Positions 1-8,283 of a stretch of DNA of 64,000 nucleotides are shown here, piece after piece (within the stretch, counting starts at the first letter, position 1; every line of letters begins with the position of its first letter). Made by a program: the position numbers and the translations under genes. Source of the stretch: Vulcanimicrobiota bacterium. GTDB taxonomy: Bacteria > Vulcanimicrobiota > Xenobia > Xenobiales > JADMJV01. The notes beneath the pieces are model-generated. The model ran no database searches. It saw nothing but the letters and a program-made list of their open reading frames with translations, and was not told where the DNA came from. Where the stretch lies: the NCBI GenBank assembly GCA_050250895.1, contig JBFWNU010000007.1:128001-192000 (forward strand). Direction: 5' to 3'.

Positions 1-2
1 CC

Positions 3-746
3 GGCTTCTATCCCATCTTGATCGTGCCGGCTTCGGGGTTGCCCGAGTTGCTGCCCGAGCTACTCGAGTATGGGTCTTTTCCGGCCAGCGTGTTGGTGGC
101 CGATGGGGGCCTCTCGCCTCTGCTCGACGGCGAGGGCAATCCTTACTATCATCCCGCCGGACTGCGGGATCTCTCGTTTTTGCGCACGCTCCCGGGCGCG
201 GCCACGGCCTGCCCGGCCGACGAAGAGGAGGCGGCGGCGCTGCTGCGGGCCGCCCGCAGCCATCCCGGCTTTGTGGTTCTTCGCTTTAGCTCGGCCCCAT
301 CGGTGGGCATTCCTGGCGAAGCCGTGGCCATCGGCCGAGGGCGCCGCTTGAGGCAGGGGAAAGACGCCGCGATCATGGTGGTGGGCAGCACGGTTTTTCC
401 GGCCGTGCTGGCGGCCGAGAGCATGCGGGCCTGGGGTATCGAGGTGGCCGTCTATGATATGCGGTTCGTGCGGCCTCTCGATCTCGGCTTGCTAAAAGAG
501 GCGGCTCGTTGCGGCACCCTGGTCACGGTGGAAGAGCATCTGGTCACGGGCGGCTTTGGGTCGAGCGTGCTCGAGGCGCTGGGCCAGGAAGAGTTCGAGC
601 CGGTGCGGGTGCGCTGTCTGGGCATCCCCGAGGGAGAGCATGAAGTGGCCACCGCCGCTCCCCTGGAAAGTTTTCGTCTGCACGCTGAGGGCATTGCCGA
701 TACGGTGCGTCAGATCCTCGGCCTGACGGCTCCCGGTGATTTCTGA
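3..746 (+). CDS. DXS/transketolase C-terminal-like protein, 5'-truncated by the window edge, divergent
   Basis: Frame is open from base 3. GRGRRLRQGKDAAI, VYDMRFVRPLD and LVTVEEHLVTGGFGSSV match the DXS C-terminal domain; the pyrimidine-domain motifs are degenerate. Confidence 0.75.
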   Translation, partial: GFYPILIVPASGLPELLPELLEYGSFPASVLVADGGLSPLLDGEGNPYYHPAGLRDLSFLRTLPGAATACPADEEEAAALLRAARSHPGFVVLRFSSAPSVGIPGEAVAIGRGRRLRQGKDAAIMVVGSTVFPAVLAAESMRAWGIEVAVYDMRFVRPLDLGLLKEAARCGTLVTVEEHLVTGGFGSSVLEALGQEEFEPVRVRCLGIPEGEHEVATAAPLESFRLHAEGIADTVRQILGLTAPGDF

Positions 747-903
747 GGTTGGGTTTCGGGTAAAAGGATCGAGGTCTGCCTGAAGGAACTTCCGGGGGGG
801 GATTGCGAACAAGTGCTCGATCGATGACGCCTTTTCATTCTAGTTTCAGGGTGGGTGCGTAAAAGAAATAGGGGTTCGGGGCATATCATAGAGCGGGGGT
901 TCT

Positions 904-2139
904 GTGGAATCTTCAGAGAATAGAAGACTCTTCCCACGCGTTGAACACGTCGTTCACGGCTGGTATCGTCTCGGCCAGGAGAAGTTTCGACGGTGCAAGA
1001 CGCTGGATATGTCCCTCCAGGGCGCTTTGCTGGTGGTGGATCACCTCTTCGCGCCAGAAGAGAAGCGCTTCGAACTTCATCTCGATCTCGACGCCGATTG
1101 GCAGATCGCTTTGTTTGCCGAACCCCTCTGGCAGCGACCCATCTTCTTTGGCAAGCAGTTTCTGACCGCGGTTACCTATAAGTTCAAGAATTCCCAGGAC
1201 AAAAGCATGTTTGGGCTGTGGGTCCAACGTTCCAAGACCAGCGACGGCGAACGACCCGACTATCTAGAGCCTCCACGAACCTCGCCAATGGCGTCGAAAT
1301 CCAGTTTTGAAGAAGAACTGCACGTTCCCTCGAAGGTGGTCACCCGGACCCAGCGCTGGCGCCAGTTGTTGGCCAACGTGCGAGCGGTGGTGCCCTGGGT
1401 TGATGAAGAGAAGCTGCTCAAGTGCCGGCGCCGCGAACCTCGCATTCCGGTGGGTATGAGGCTCCGGCTGCTGCATGACGGCCAGCAGACCTCGGTCGAA
1501 CTGCTCAATATCAGTCGGCACGGACTGCGGGTGTATGTCGAGCAGCCGTCGAAGCTGCGCAACGAGGCTGTCCTCATCCTGGATGAAGATTCGCTATTGG
1601 TAGGACGCCGGCGGCTCAAAGTCACGCGCCTGTGGGACCTTGAAACAGAACGATCGGGCCGCGTATTCGGCATGGGGTTGGCCGAGCCGGCCGAAGTGGT
1701 GGACCAATCCTGGCTGGGCGATCTGTTGCGACGCCTGCAGTATGACCTGGTGGAACCGCGCCAGGCTTTGCGCTTGCCGGTGAGCGTTCCGGTGCGGGTG
1801 CTGGCCGAGGACCGAGAAATCCTGGCCGACGGCGAAACCGTCGACATCGGCCTCGGCGGAGCCCTGCTAGAGGTAGACGCCGCCCTGCCGGTGGGCAATA
1901 CCGTAGTTGTTTCGATGTGCGATGGCGAGGAGATAAACTTCGACCTGCTGGCTCGGGTATTGCATCAGGATGCCAGTCAGGGAGTGGGTTTTCGCTACGG
2001 AGTGGCTTTCTTCAAAGGCCGCTCCCAGAGCCATTTGCAGCTTTCGCGAGCCTTGAGCAAGCGGGCTCGATGGTGGAGTTTGGACAGTGAGGGCCGGTCA
2101 CCGGCTGGCCCGGCTACCTTGAGGAGCAGTTATGCCTGA
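904..2139 (+). CDS. Triple PilZ-domain protein (c-di-GMP receptor)
   Basis: Three RxxxR...[D/N]x[S/G]xxG pairs: RLFPR/DMSLQG, RREPR/NISRHG, RQALR/DIGLGG. Confidence 0.85.
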   Translation: MESSENRRLFPRVEHVVHGWYRLGQEKFRRCKTLDMSLQGALLVVDHLFAPEEKRFELHLDLDADWQIALFAEPLWQRPIFFGKQFLTAVTYKFKNSQDKSMFGLWVQRSKTSDGERPDYLEPPRTSPMASKSSFEEELHVPSKVVTRTQRWRQLLANVRAVVPWVDEEKLLKCRRREPRIPVGMRLRLLHDGQQTSVELLNISRHGLRVYVEQPSKLRNEAVLILDEDSLLVGRRRLKVTRLWDLETERSGRVFGMGLAEPAEVVDQSWLGDLLRRLQYDLVEPRQALRLPVSVPVRVLAEDREILADGETVDIGLGGALLEVDAALPVGNTVVVSMCDGEEINFDLLARVLHQDASQGVGFRYGVAFFKGRSQSHLQLSRALSKRARWWSLDSEGRSPAGPATLRSSYA

Positions 2140-2485
2140 GCTAAATATTCAGAGCAATGTTGACCGAGGGGTTTCGGTCCTGTCGTTACGGGGGCCGTTT
2201 CGGCTCGCCGGGGCCTCGGAGTTTCGCAAAGCCAGTTCGGGGCTGATCGAAAGTGGGGTGCGCAAAGTCGTGGTCGACCTTTCCGAGGTCGACGAACTCG
2301 ACGGCTTCGGATTGAGTGCGCTGGTGGGATTGCTGGCCCGCCTCCATCGCCTGGGGGGGCGCATGGCCCTGGCGGGCGTGAATCCCGAACTAAAGAAGAG
2401 GTTCGAAGCGACCTGGACCGAGGACGTGTTCAGGCAACATATCACGGTCGCTCAGGCGGCCACGGAGATGCAGAAAAATGGCTGA
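2132..2485 (+). CDS. STAS-domain (anti-sigma-factor antagonist-like) protein
   Basis: 117 aa; VVVDLSEVDELDGFGLSALV...RMALAGVN is the SpoIIAA/RsbV pattern. GAGGAG RBS; overlaps both neighbours. Confidence 0.85.
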   Translation: MPELNIQSNVDRGVSVLSLRGPFRLAGASEFRKASSGLIESGVRKVVVDLSEVDELDGFGLSALVGLLARLHRLGGRMALAGVNPELKKRFEATWTEDVFRQHITVAQAATEMQKNG

Positions 2486-3599
2486 AGAAGCTGCGGTCAA
2501 GGATGATCGAAAGAAGCTCAGCTCGGATATCAATCCTATCGCCTGGTTGATCTGGGTGGTAGGCCTGGTGTTGTCGCTGCTGGGAACCTGGATGCTGGTG
2601 CGCGAGCAGACTCTGGTCTTTCCCACGGTGGCGGTGCTGCTCTATCTGGCCGGGGCGGTGCTGACCGCTGGCGGTACGGGCCTGGCTCTGAGCCTCACCG
2701 ATCCCGCCGGCTGGGCCTGGGCGTCGCTTTCGGGGGTGATGGCTCTGCTGGTGGGTCCGCTGGGCGTGGTCATGGGAGTGGTTTGCTATCTCATGGCGAG
2801 GGGTCAGCCCACCGGCCAACCGCTTACCGAAGTGGTCAAGGCCGAGATGTGGATCAAGGCCGAAGAGCCCGAAGAGGTCGACGAGCTGGCTCCGCTCGAT
2901 CTCAAGATTCGCGAGCAGGCTCGCACCGAACCCATCGTCGACCTGTTGCCCTATGCTGACGTGGCCACGGCTATCGCCATCGTCAACCGCTTGCGTGAAC
3001 GCGGCAATCATGACGACATCCAGATGATTCGCCAGATATCGCGCGATCCTCGGCCTGAAGTCTATCAGTACGCCATCTCGCAGCTCGACCGTCTGGAAAA
3101 GGAGTTTGCCGGCCGCATCTATCGGATCGAGGCGGACATGAAGGCCCAGCCAGCCCGGACCGAGCTCCGCATCGATCTGGCCCGCGAGTATCTGCGCTAC
3201 ATCGACAGCGGGCTGCTGGACGAGGGCCTTCGGGACTATTATTGGGAACTGACCCTGGCCCACGTGTTCGAGGCCATGCTGGCCCATCCGCGCGGCGAAG
3301 AGCTGGCCGTCGATGTGGCTCACCTGCTGCATATGCAGGGTCTCTACAAGTCGGCCACCCGGGTGGCTCAGGCTGCCCTCAAACGCGCCCCCGAGAGTCT
3401 CCAGGGTCAACTGCTGGTGTTGCAGACCATGGTCGATCAGGCTCAGGCCGAGGGCAAATACACTTTGCTGCGCGAGGCCCGAACTCGAGCCCTGGAATCG
3501 GCCTGGGCCGTGCCCGTCCCGAAGAAACGCGAGGCCGGAGCCGGCCCCACCTTCGATCTGGCCCACTTCTGGTTTGAAGGGAGAAAGTCCAATGCTTGA
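2478..3599 (+). CDS. pelE: PelE-like membrane protein with HEAT/TPR-like helical domain
   Basis: N-terminal TM helices, then RDPRPEVYQYAISQLDRLE and LAREYLRYIDSGLLD, which resemble PelE. Lies directly upstream of pelF. Confidence 0.65.
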   Translation: MAEEAAVKDDRKKLSSDINPIAWLIWVVGLVLSLLGTWMLVREQTLVFPTVAVLLYLAGAVLTAGGTGLALSLTDPAGWAWASLSGVMALLVGPLGVVMGVVCYLMARGQPTGQPLTEVVKAEMWIKAEEPEEVDELAPLDLKIREQARTEPIVDLLPYADVATAIAIVNRLRERGNHDDIQMIRQISRDPRPEVYQYAISQLDRLEKEFAGRIYRIEADMKAQPARTELRIDLAREYLRYIDSGLLDEGLRDYYWELTLAHVFEAMLAHPRGEELAVDVAHLLHMQGLYKSATRVAQAALKRAPESLQGQLLVLQTMVDQAQAEGKYTLLREARTRALESAWAVPVPKKREAGAGPTFDLAHFWFEGRKSNA

Positions 3600-5100
3600 C
3601 GTTCTCTTCCTGTGCGAGGGTACCTACCCTTACGTCCCCGGCGGTGTGTCGAGCTGGATTCACTCACTCATCGTCGGCATGCCCGAACTCAAGTTTGGGG
3701 TGCTCTATCTGGCTCCATCCGAAAAGGACGAGCTCAAGCTACGCTACCAGTTGCCCCCGAATCTGGTGGAGCTGGTCGTCTTTCCGCTCTATGACCTGGT
3801 TTATAGGCCCCAGCCCACCAGCCCCTTCAAGTCGGGGGCCTGGCAGGATGTCGAGCCGTTCATCGAGGGGATCATCCAGGGCGAGGCGCGAGGTTTCGAC
3901 AAAGCCTTTCCGCATCTGTGCGGCAGCGGTGACCGCGAGCCGACCCTGACCATGAAAGAGCTGGCGACTTCGTTCGAGAGCTGGAAGATGCTCACTGACT
4001 CCTATCAGCGCAACTACCCCAAGTCGTCGTTCAACGACTTTTTCTGGTCCTGGCGCTACGCATTCTTGCCCCTGTTCAAGCTGTTCCACGCCGATATCCC
4101 TCCGGCCCGCCTCTACCATACGGTGACCACCGGTTGGAGCGGCATGCTGGCAGCTATCGCCGCCCGCCGTCGCAAGCGCCCTTTCATCGTCACCGAGCAC
4201 GGCCTCTACGTCAACGAACGCCGGATCGAGATCTCGCAGGCTGACTGGATCTATGTGGACGCTCCCACCCGAGGCGCCCTCGAAATCGGCTTTGGTACCT
4301 TCAAAGAGATCTGGATCAACCTGTTCCTGGCTCTGGGCAAACTCTGCTACCACGACGCCAGCCGCATTTACACCCTCTTCGAGGGCAACCGCGACAAAGA
4401 GATCGAGTTCGGGGCCCCGGCCGACAAGATCGACATCATTCCCAACGGCGTCAACGTCGATCACTTCGTCTCGATCGAAAAACGCGCTCTGCCCGAGAAG
4501 CGCGACGCCTTCCGGGTGGGACTCATCGGCCGGGTGGTGCCCATCAAGGACATCAAGACCTTCATCAAAGCCTGCCGCCATATGGCTCAGGAAATCTCGA
4601 CCCTCGAGGTCTATATCTGCGGGCCCACCGACGAGGACCCTGAATATTACACCGAGTGCGAGACGCTGGTGGATGCCCTGGGCCTCAACCAGGTGGTCAA
4701 GTTCACCGGCCGGGTGGACGTCAGCCAATACTATCCGTGCCTCGATGTGCAGGTGTTGACCAGTATTTCTGAGGGTCAGCCTCTGGTCGTTTTGGAAGGC
4801 TTCTGTTCGGGGCTACCGTGTGTGGCCACCGATGTGGGGGCCTGCTCTGAGCTGGTCAACGGTCGCAGCGCCGAGGACATCGCCCTGGGACCGGCCGGAG
4901 TGGTGACCTGGGTCGGCAACCCTCGTCAGACGGCCGAGGCGGTCATCGACCTCTATCACAAGCCCGCCAAACGTCGGGCCATGGGAGAGGCGGGCAAGGA
5001 GCGGGTCAGGCGATATTATCAGCGCTCGGACATGCTCGACGCCTATCGGCGAATTTACGAGTCGCACATCCAGAAACTCGAGAAAGTAGGGGCCGGATAA
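3592..5100 (+). CDS. pelF: PelF-family GT4 glycosyltransferase (DUF3492 + GT-B)
   Basis: EGTYPYVPGGVSSWIH, TEHGLY..ER, IGRVVPIKDIKTFI, LTSISEGQPLVVLE, ATDVG. Start reassigned to the ATG at 3592. Confidence 0.93.
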   Translation: MLDVLFLCEGTYPYVPGGVSSWIHSLIVGMPELKFGVLYLAPSEKDELKLRYQLPPNLVELVVFPLYDLVYRPQPTSPFKSGAWQDVEPFIEGIIQGEARGFDKAFPHLCGSGDREPTLTMKELATSFESWKMLTDSYQRNYPKSSFNDFFWSWRYAFLPLFKLFHADIPPARLYHTVTTGWSGMLAAIAARRRKRPFIVTEHGLYVNERRIEISQADWIYVDAPTRGALEIGFGTFKEIWINLFLALGKLCYHDASRIYTLFEGNRDKEIEFGAPADKIDIIPNGVNVDHFVSIEKRALPEKRDAFRVGLIGRVVPIKDIKTFIKACRHMAQEISTLEVYICGPTDEDPEYYTECETLVDALGLNQVVKFTGRVDVSQYYPCLDVQVLTSISEGQPLVVLEGFCSGLPCVATDVGACSELVNGRSAEDIALGPAGVVTWVGNPRQTAEAVIDLYHKPAKRRAMGEAGKERVRRYYQRSDMLDAYRRIYESHIQKLEKVGAG

Positions 5101-6572
5101 TGGCTGGCATAGGCTTTCGCCTTCGTTCTTTTACTCAGGAAGGCACCATCGGTGGTTTTCTGAAAGGGTATTACAACGCGGCCCTGGTGGCCTCGGGCCC
5201 CTGGATTCTGACGGTGGTGACACTGATCGCAATTCAGTTCCTAATGCGCCAGACGGCGGCGCGCACCGACCTGTTCCTCGAGACCATCATCTACATTTAT
5301 GCCTTTAGCCTGATCACCACGGCTCCGTTCCAACTGGTGATCACGCGCTATCTGGCCGATCAGCTCGACGCCCAGAAGCTGGGGGCCCATATCCCGTCGC
5401 TGGTTTCGATCACCCTGGTCAGCACCGCTTTTCACGCGGTCGTAGGGTTGCTCTTTTTCTCGACGGTCGAGGTGCCGTGGCTGTATCGTTTCACGGCGGC
5501 GGCCCTGTTTGCGATGGTGGCTCTGGTGTGGTTGTTGATGGCCTTTGTGGGGGCGGTGCGCGCCTTTCATCTGGTGGCCACCGCTTTCGTGTCGGGGACG
5601 ATCGTGAGCATCCTCTCAGCCTATGGCCTGGGCCTTCGCCTGGGAGAGCCAGGCTACCTGATGGGGATGTTGCTGGGGAACTCGATCATCGTGGCTATCT
5701 GCTTGACGGCCCTGGCCCGCGAATTCGAGTGCGCCGCCTCGTTCAACTTCGAGTGGCTCGAGTACTTTCGCGAGACTCCTTATTTGCCGGTGGCCGGAAT
5801 GCTCTATTACGCGGCCATCTGGAGCAGTATCATGATCTACTGGTTCACCATCGGTGACCCGGTCCAACCCCACGTTCTGTTCGCCTACGAGGCCATCGAC
5901 CTGGCATCGTTCTACGCCCAGATGACCATCATTCCGGCGGTCACCATGTTCTACGTCCACAACGAGACTTCGTTCTACGAGGACTATCGCGGCTTCTATA
6001 ACGCCGTGCTCGCCAAGAAGAGCCTCGATGTCATTCGCGATCGCCGCGAGACGCTCGTCAAGAACCTCAAGGAAGCCTTCTTCAATCTGGGACTGGTCCA
6101 GGCGGTGGTGACCTTTGGCGCCATCGCCTTCGCCCCCCAGATCGCCACCGGCTTGCAGATGTCAGAGCACGAACAGCAACTGTTCGTGAACATGGCCCTG
6201 GGCGCAGCGCCGCAGGTGATGCTGCTGTTCGTAATGGTCATCATGTTCTATTTCCAGTTCTACAAAGAGGCTATGTTCACCAGTCTCATCGCCCTGGTCG
6301 GGTGCCTTGGCTTTGGGGCCCTGACTCTGTGGCCGACCCATCGACCCGACCTCTACGGGTTCGGCCTGCTGGGGGGCACCGGTATCGCCCTGGTGGTGGG
6401 GTTGTTCTGGCTCTTTGATCGTCTTTCGCTGCTGGACTACATCACGTTTTCGTCGCAGCCGTTGGCCGAGGAGGTCCCATTCCGGCAGGATATGTTGACC
6501 TCGCGGGGCGGCTTTGGAAAAACTATCGTCCAGGACGGTAAGCTCCTGGTTAAAACGGAGAAATCGCTATGA
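5100..6572 (+). CDS. pelG: PelG exopolysaccharide transporter
   Basis: MAGIGFRLR N-terminus, SGPW, TRYLADQL, ETSFYEDYRGFY, about 12 TM helices. TAATG coupling to pelF. Confidence 0.92.
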   Translation: MAGIGFRLRSFTQEGTIGGFLKGYYNAALVASGPWILTVVTLIAIQFLMRQTAARTDLFLETIIYIYAFSLITTAPFQLVITRYLADQLDAQKLGAHIPSLVSITLVSTAFHAVVGLLFFSTVEVPWLYRFTAAALFAMVALVWLLMAFVGAVRAFHLVATAFVSGTIVSILSAYGLGLRLGEPGYLMGMLLGNSIIVAICLTALAREFECAASFNFEWLEYFRETPYLPVAGMLYYAAIWSSIMIYWFTIGDPVQPHVLFAYEAIDLASFYAQMTIIPAVTMFYVHNETSFYEDYRGFYNAVLAKKSLDVIRDRRETLVKNLKEAFFNLGLVQAVVTFGAIAFAPQIATGLQMSEHEQQLFVNMALGAAPQVMLLFVMVIMFYFQFYKEAMFTSLIALVGCLGFGALTLWPTHRPDLYGFGLLGGTGIALVVGLFWLFDRLSLLDYITFSSQPLAEEVPFRQDMLTSRGGFGKTIVQDGKLLVKTEKSL

Positions 6573-7510
6573 ATCGACTGCACTACGCCTGGGAGACTTT
6601 CATCCTCTATGGCCTGGTTTGTCTGGTAGGGAAGATCTTTAATGGCGGTAACTGGGCCTTCGTGGGGTCCGCCTTTCACCCGTTCATTTTGATCATCGCC
6701 CTCGAGGCCGTTCAATACGGATTGCATCAGGCGCTGTTCGCGGCCCTGGTGGGTGTGATTCTGTACCTGCTGGCGGCCGGTCAGATGGCCGGGCACGCGG
6801 GTATCCTGTTCTCGATGGCGGTCACCGCGCTGCTGCTGGGATTGACCCAGGAGGCTCGCAACCGGCAGCTGCGCGAAACCCGCTCAGAACTCGAGGAAGT
6901 GCGCACCGACCAGGAGCGCCTGCGCCAGCGCATCAGCGTGTTGACGGCCGCCAACGCCGAACTCAACGAGCGCATCCTGGGCGAGGTCAATACCGTCCAG
7001 TCGTTCTCGGAGATCGCCCGCCGCCTGTCGGTACTCGAGCGTGACGACCTCTATCCGGCTGTATGCCAGTTGATTCGCGACTATCTCCAGGCAACCGAGG
7101 CTTCGTTCTATGACCTGCAAGATGGAGCCCTGGTGATGCGCGCCGAGAGCGGCTGGGCCAAGGTCCCTAAAGAGGCTCAGAAGTTGACCGACGGTGAAGG
7201 GTTGCTGTGGGAGGCGGTGCGCCAGAAGCGGCCGGTGACGGCGATGGAACTCGAGATTCCGGCCAAGGCCGACGCCGCGGACCCGGCCCGTCGTTACGGT
7301 CGTCTGATCGCGGCCCCGGTGCTGCATCCCGACACCAAGGAGCCCATTGGGGTGGTCTCGGTCGACCGCATGCCGTTTAGTCGCTTTCATGGCGCCAGCG
7401 TCAAGATTCTCGGTGTGGTGGCTCGCTGGGCGGGCGACTCGCTCTACAACGCCGCGCTTTTCGAGCAGCTTCGCTCGCAAGTTGAGAAAGGAAAGGTCGC
7501 CAAGGCCTGA
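6569..7510 (+). CDS. pelD: PelD-like protein (TM + coiled coil + GAF), lacking the C-terminal GGDEF domain
   Basis: HPFILIIALEAVQYG TM region, coiled coil (ELNERI), and GAF (IAAPVL..IGVVSVDRMPF). The ORF ends right after the GAF domain. Confidence 0.7.
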   Translation: MNRLHYAWETFILYGLVCLVGKIFNGGNWAFVGSAFHPFILIIALEAVQYGLHQALFAALVGVILYLLAAGQMAGHAGILFSMAVTALLLGLTQEARNRQLRETRSELEEVRTDQERLRQRISVLTAANAELNERILGEVNTVQSFSEIARRLSVLERDDLYPAVCQLIRDYLQATEASFYDLQDGALVMRAESGWAKVPKEAQKLTDGEGLLWEAVRQKRPVTAMELEIPAKADAADPARRYGRLIAAPVLHPDTKEPIGVVSVDRMPFSRFHGASVKILGVVARWAGDSLYNAALFEQLRSQVEKGKVAKA

Positions 7511-7519
7511 GGTCACCAC

Positions 7520-8272
7520 ATGCTGCGGGAATTACTCAAAGGGATTAAAGCCTTCGTTATCGGGGGCGAGCTACCCACTCCCGACGAAAGTCGGATCGCT
7601 CCGCGCCTGCTTTGCCAGTATCGCGTGAACTTGCTTTACGGAGATACTGAATTCAAAGCTTCGGTAGTGGACATCGGTAGCACCGGGATGCGCCTGGAGG
7701 GCGTGCCCGAGATGAACAAGGGTGACCACCTGCGCATCTCCTACCCCTTTGCCGAGCACTTCCAGGAGGATGTCGGCTTCGAGGTCGAGGTGATGTGGAC
7801 CCGGGTGCGGACCCACGATGGTGTGCGTCTGACTGGCGTGCGCTACATCAAACAGGGCGAGGAACTCAAGGGCACCTGGGTGCGAACCCTGCAAGAAGAG
7901 GTGGGTCTGCATGGCGATTCCACCTTTCAGAAGCGAAAGCACGTGCGGCTGGCGACCACGCTCAAGGCCGAGGTGCGCGACCTCGATTCGGGGCGTTTCC
8001 TCAGTCAGGGCAAGGTCAACAACCTGAGCGTTGGAGGCGCCCTGATCGAGTCACCCGAAGAACTCAAGAAAAACAACCGGGTCATGGCCTTGATCGGCCC
8101 CCACCTCAACTATCCAACCCTCTCCGTCCACGCCCGAGTGCTCAATAGCCGGGCCGACGAAGACGATGGCGTCTATCTGCACAGTCTTCAGTTCGTTGAC
8201 GTCAATAAGAAGCAACTCAAGACTTTGGAACGTCTCGTGCTCAAGATGCTCCAGGGACGCTCGCTAGGTTGA
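7520..8272 (+). CDS. Double PilZ-domain protein
   Basis: RIAPR/DIGSTG and RKHVR/NLSVGG; GAGG RBS. Confidence 0.85.
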   Translation: MLRELLKGIKAFVIGGELPTPDESRIAPRLLCQYRVNLLYGDTEFKASVVDIGSTGMRLEGVPEMNKGDHLRISYPFAEHFQEDVGFEVEVMWTRVRTHDGVRLTGVRYIKQGEELKGTWVRTLQEEVGLHGDSTFQKRKHVRLATTLKAEVRDLDSGRFLSQGKVNNLSVGGALIESPEELKKNNRVMALIGPHLNYPTLSVHARVLNSRADEDDGVYLHSLQFVDVNKKQLKTLERLVLKMLQGRSLG

Positions 8273-8283
8273 TGGGAGACCGC

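Noticed and set aside
3313-3591. PelF N-terminal extension
   Set aside because: It overlaps pelE; the PelF motif begins at ATG 3592.
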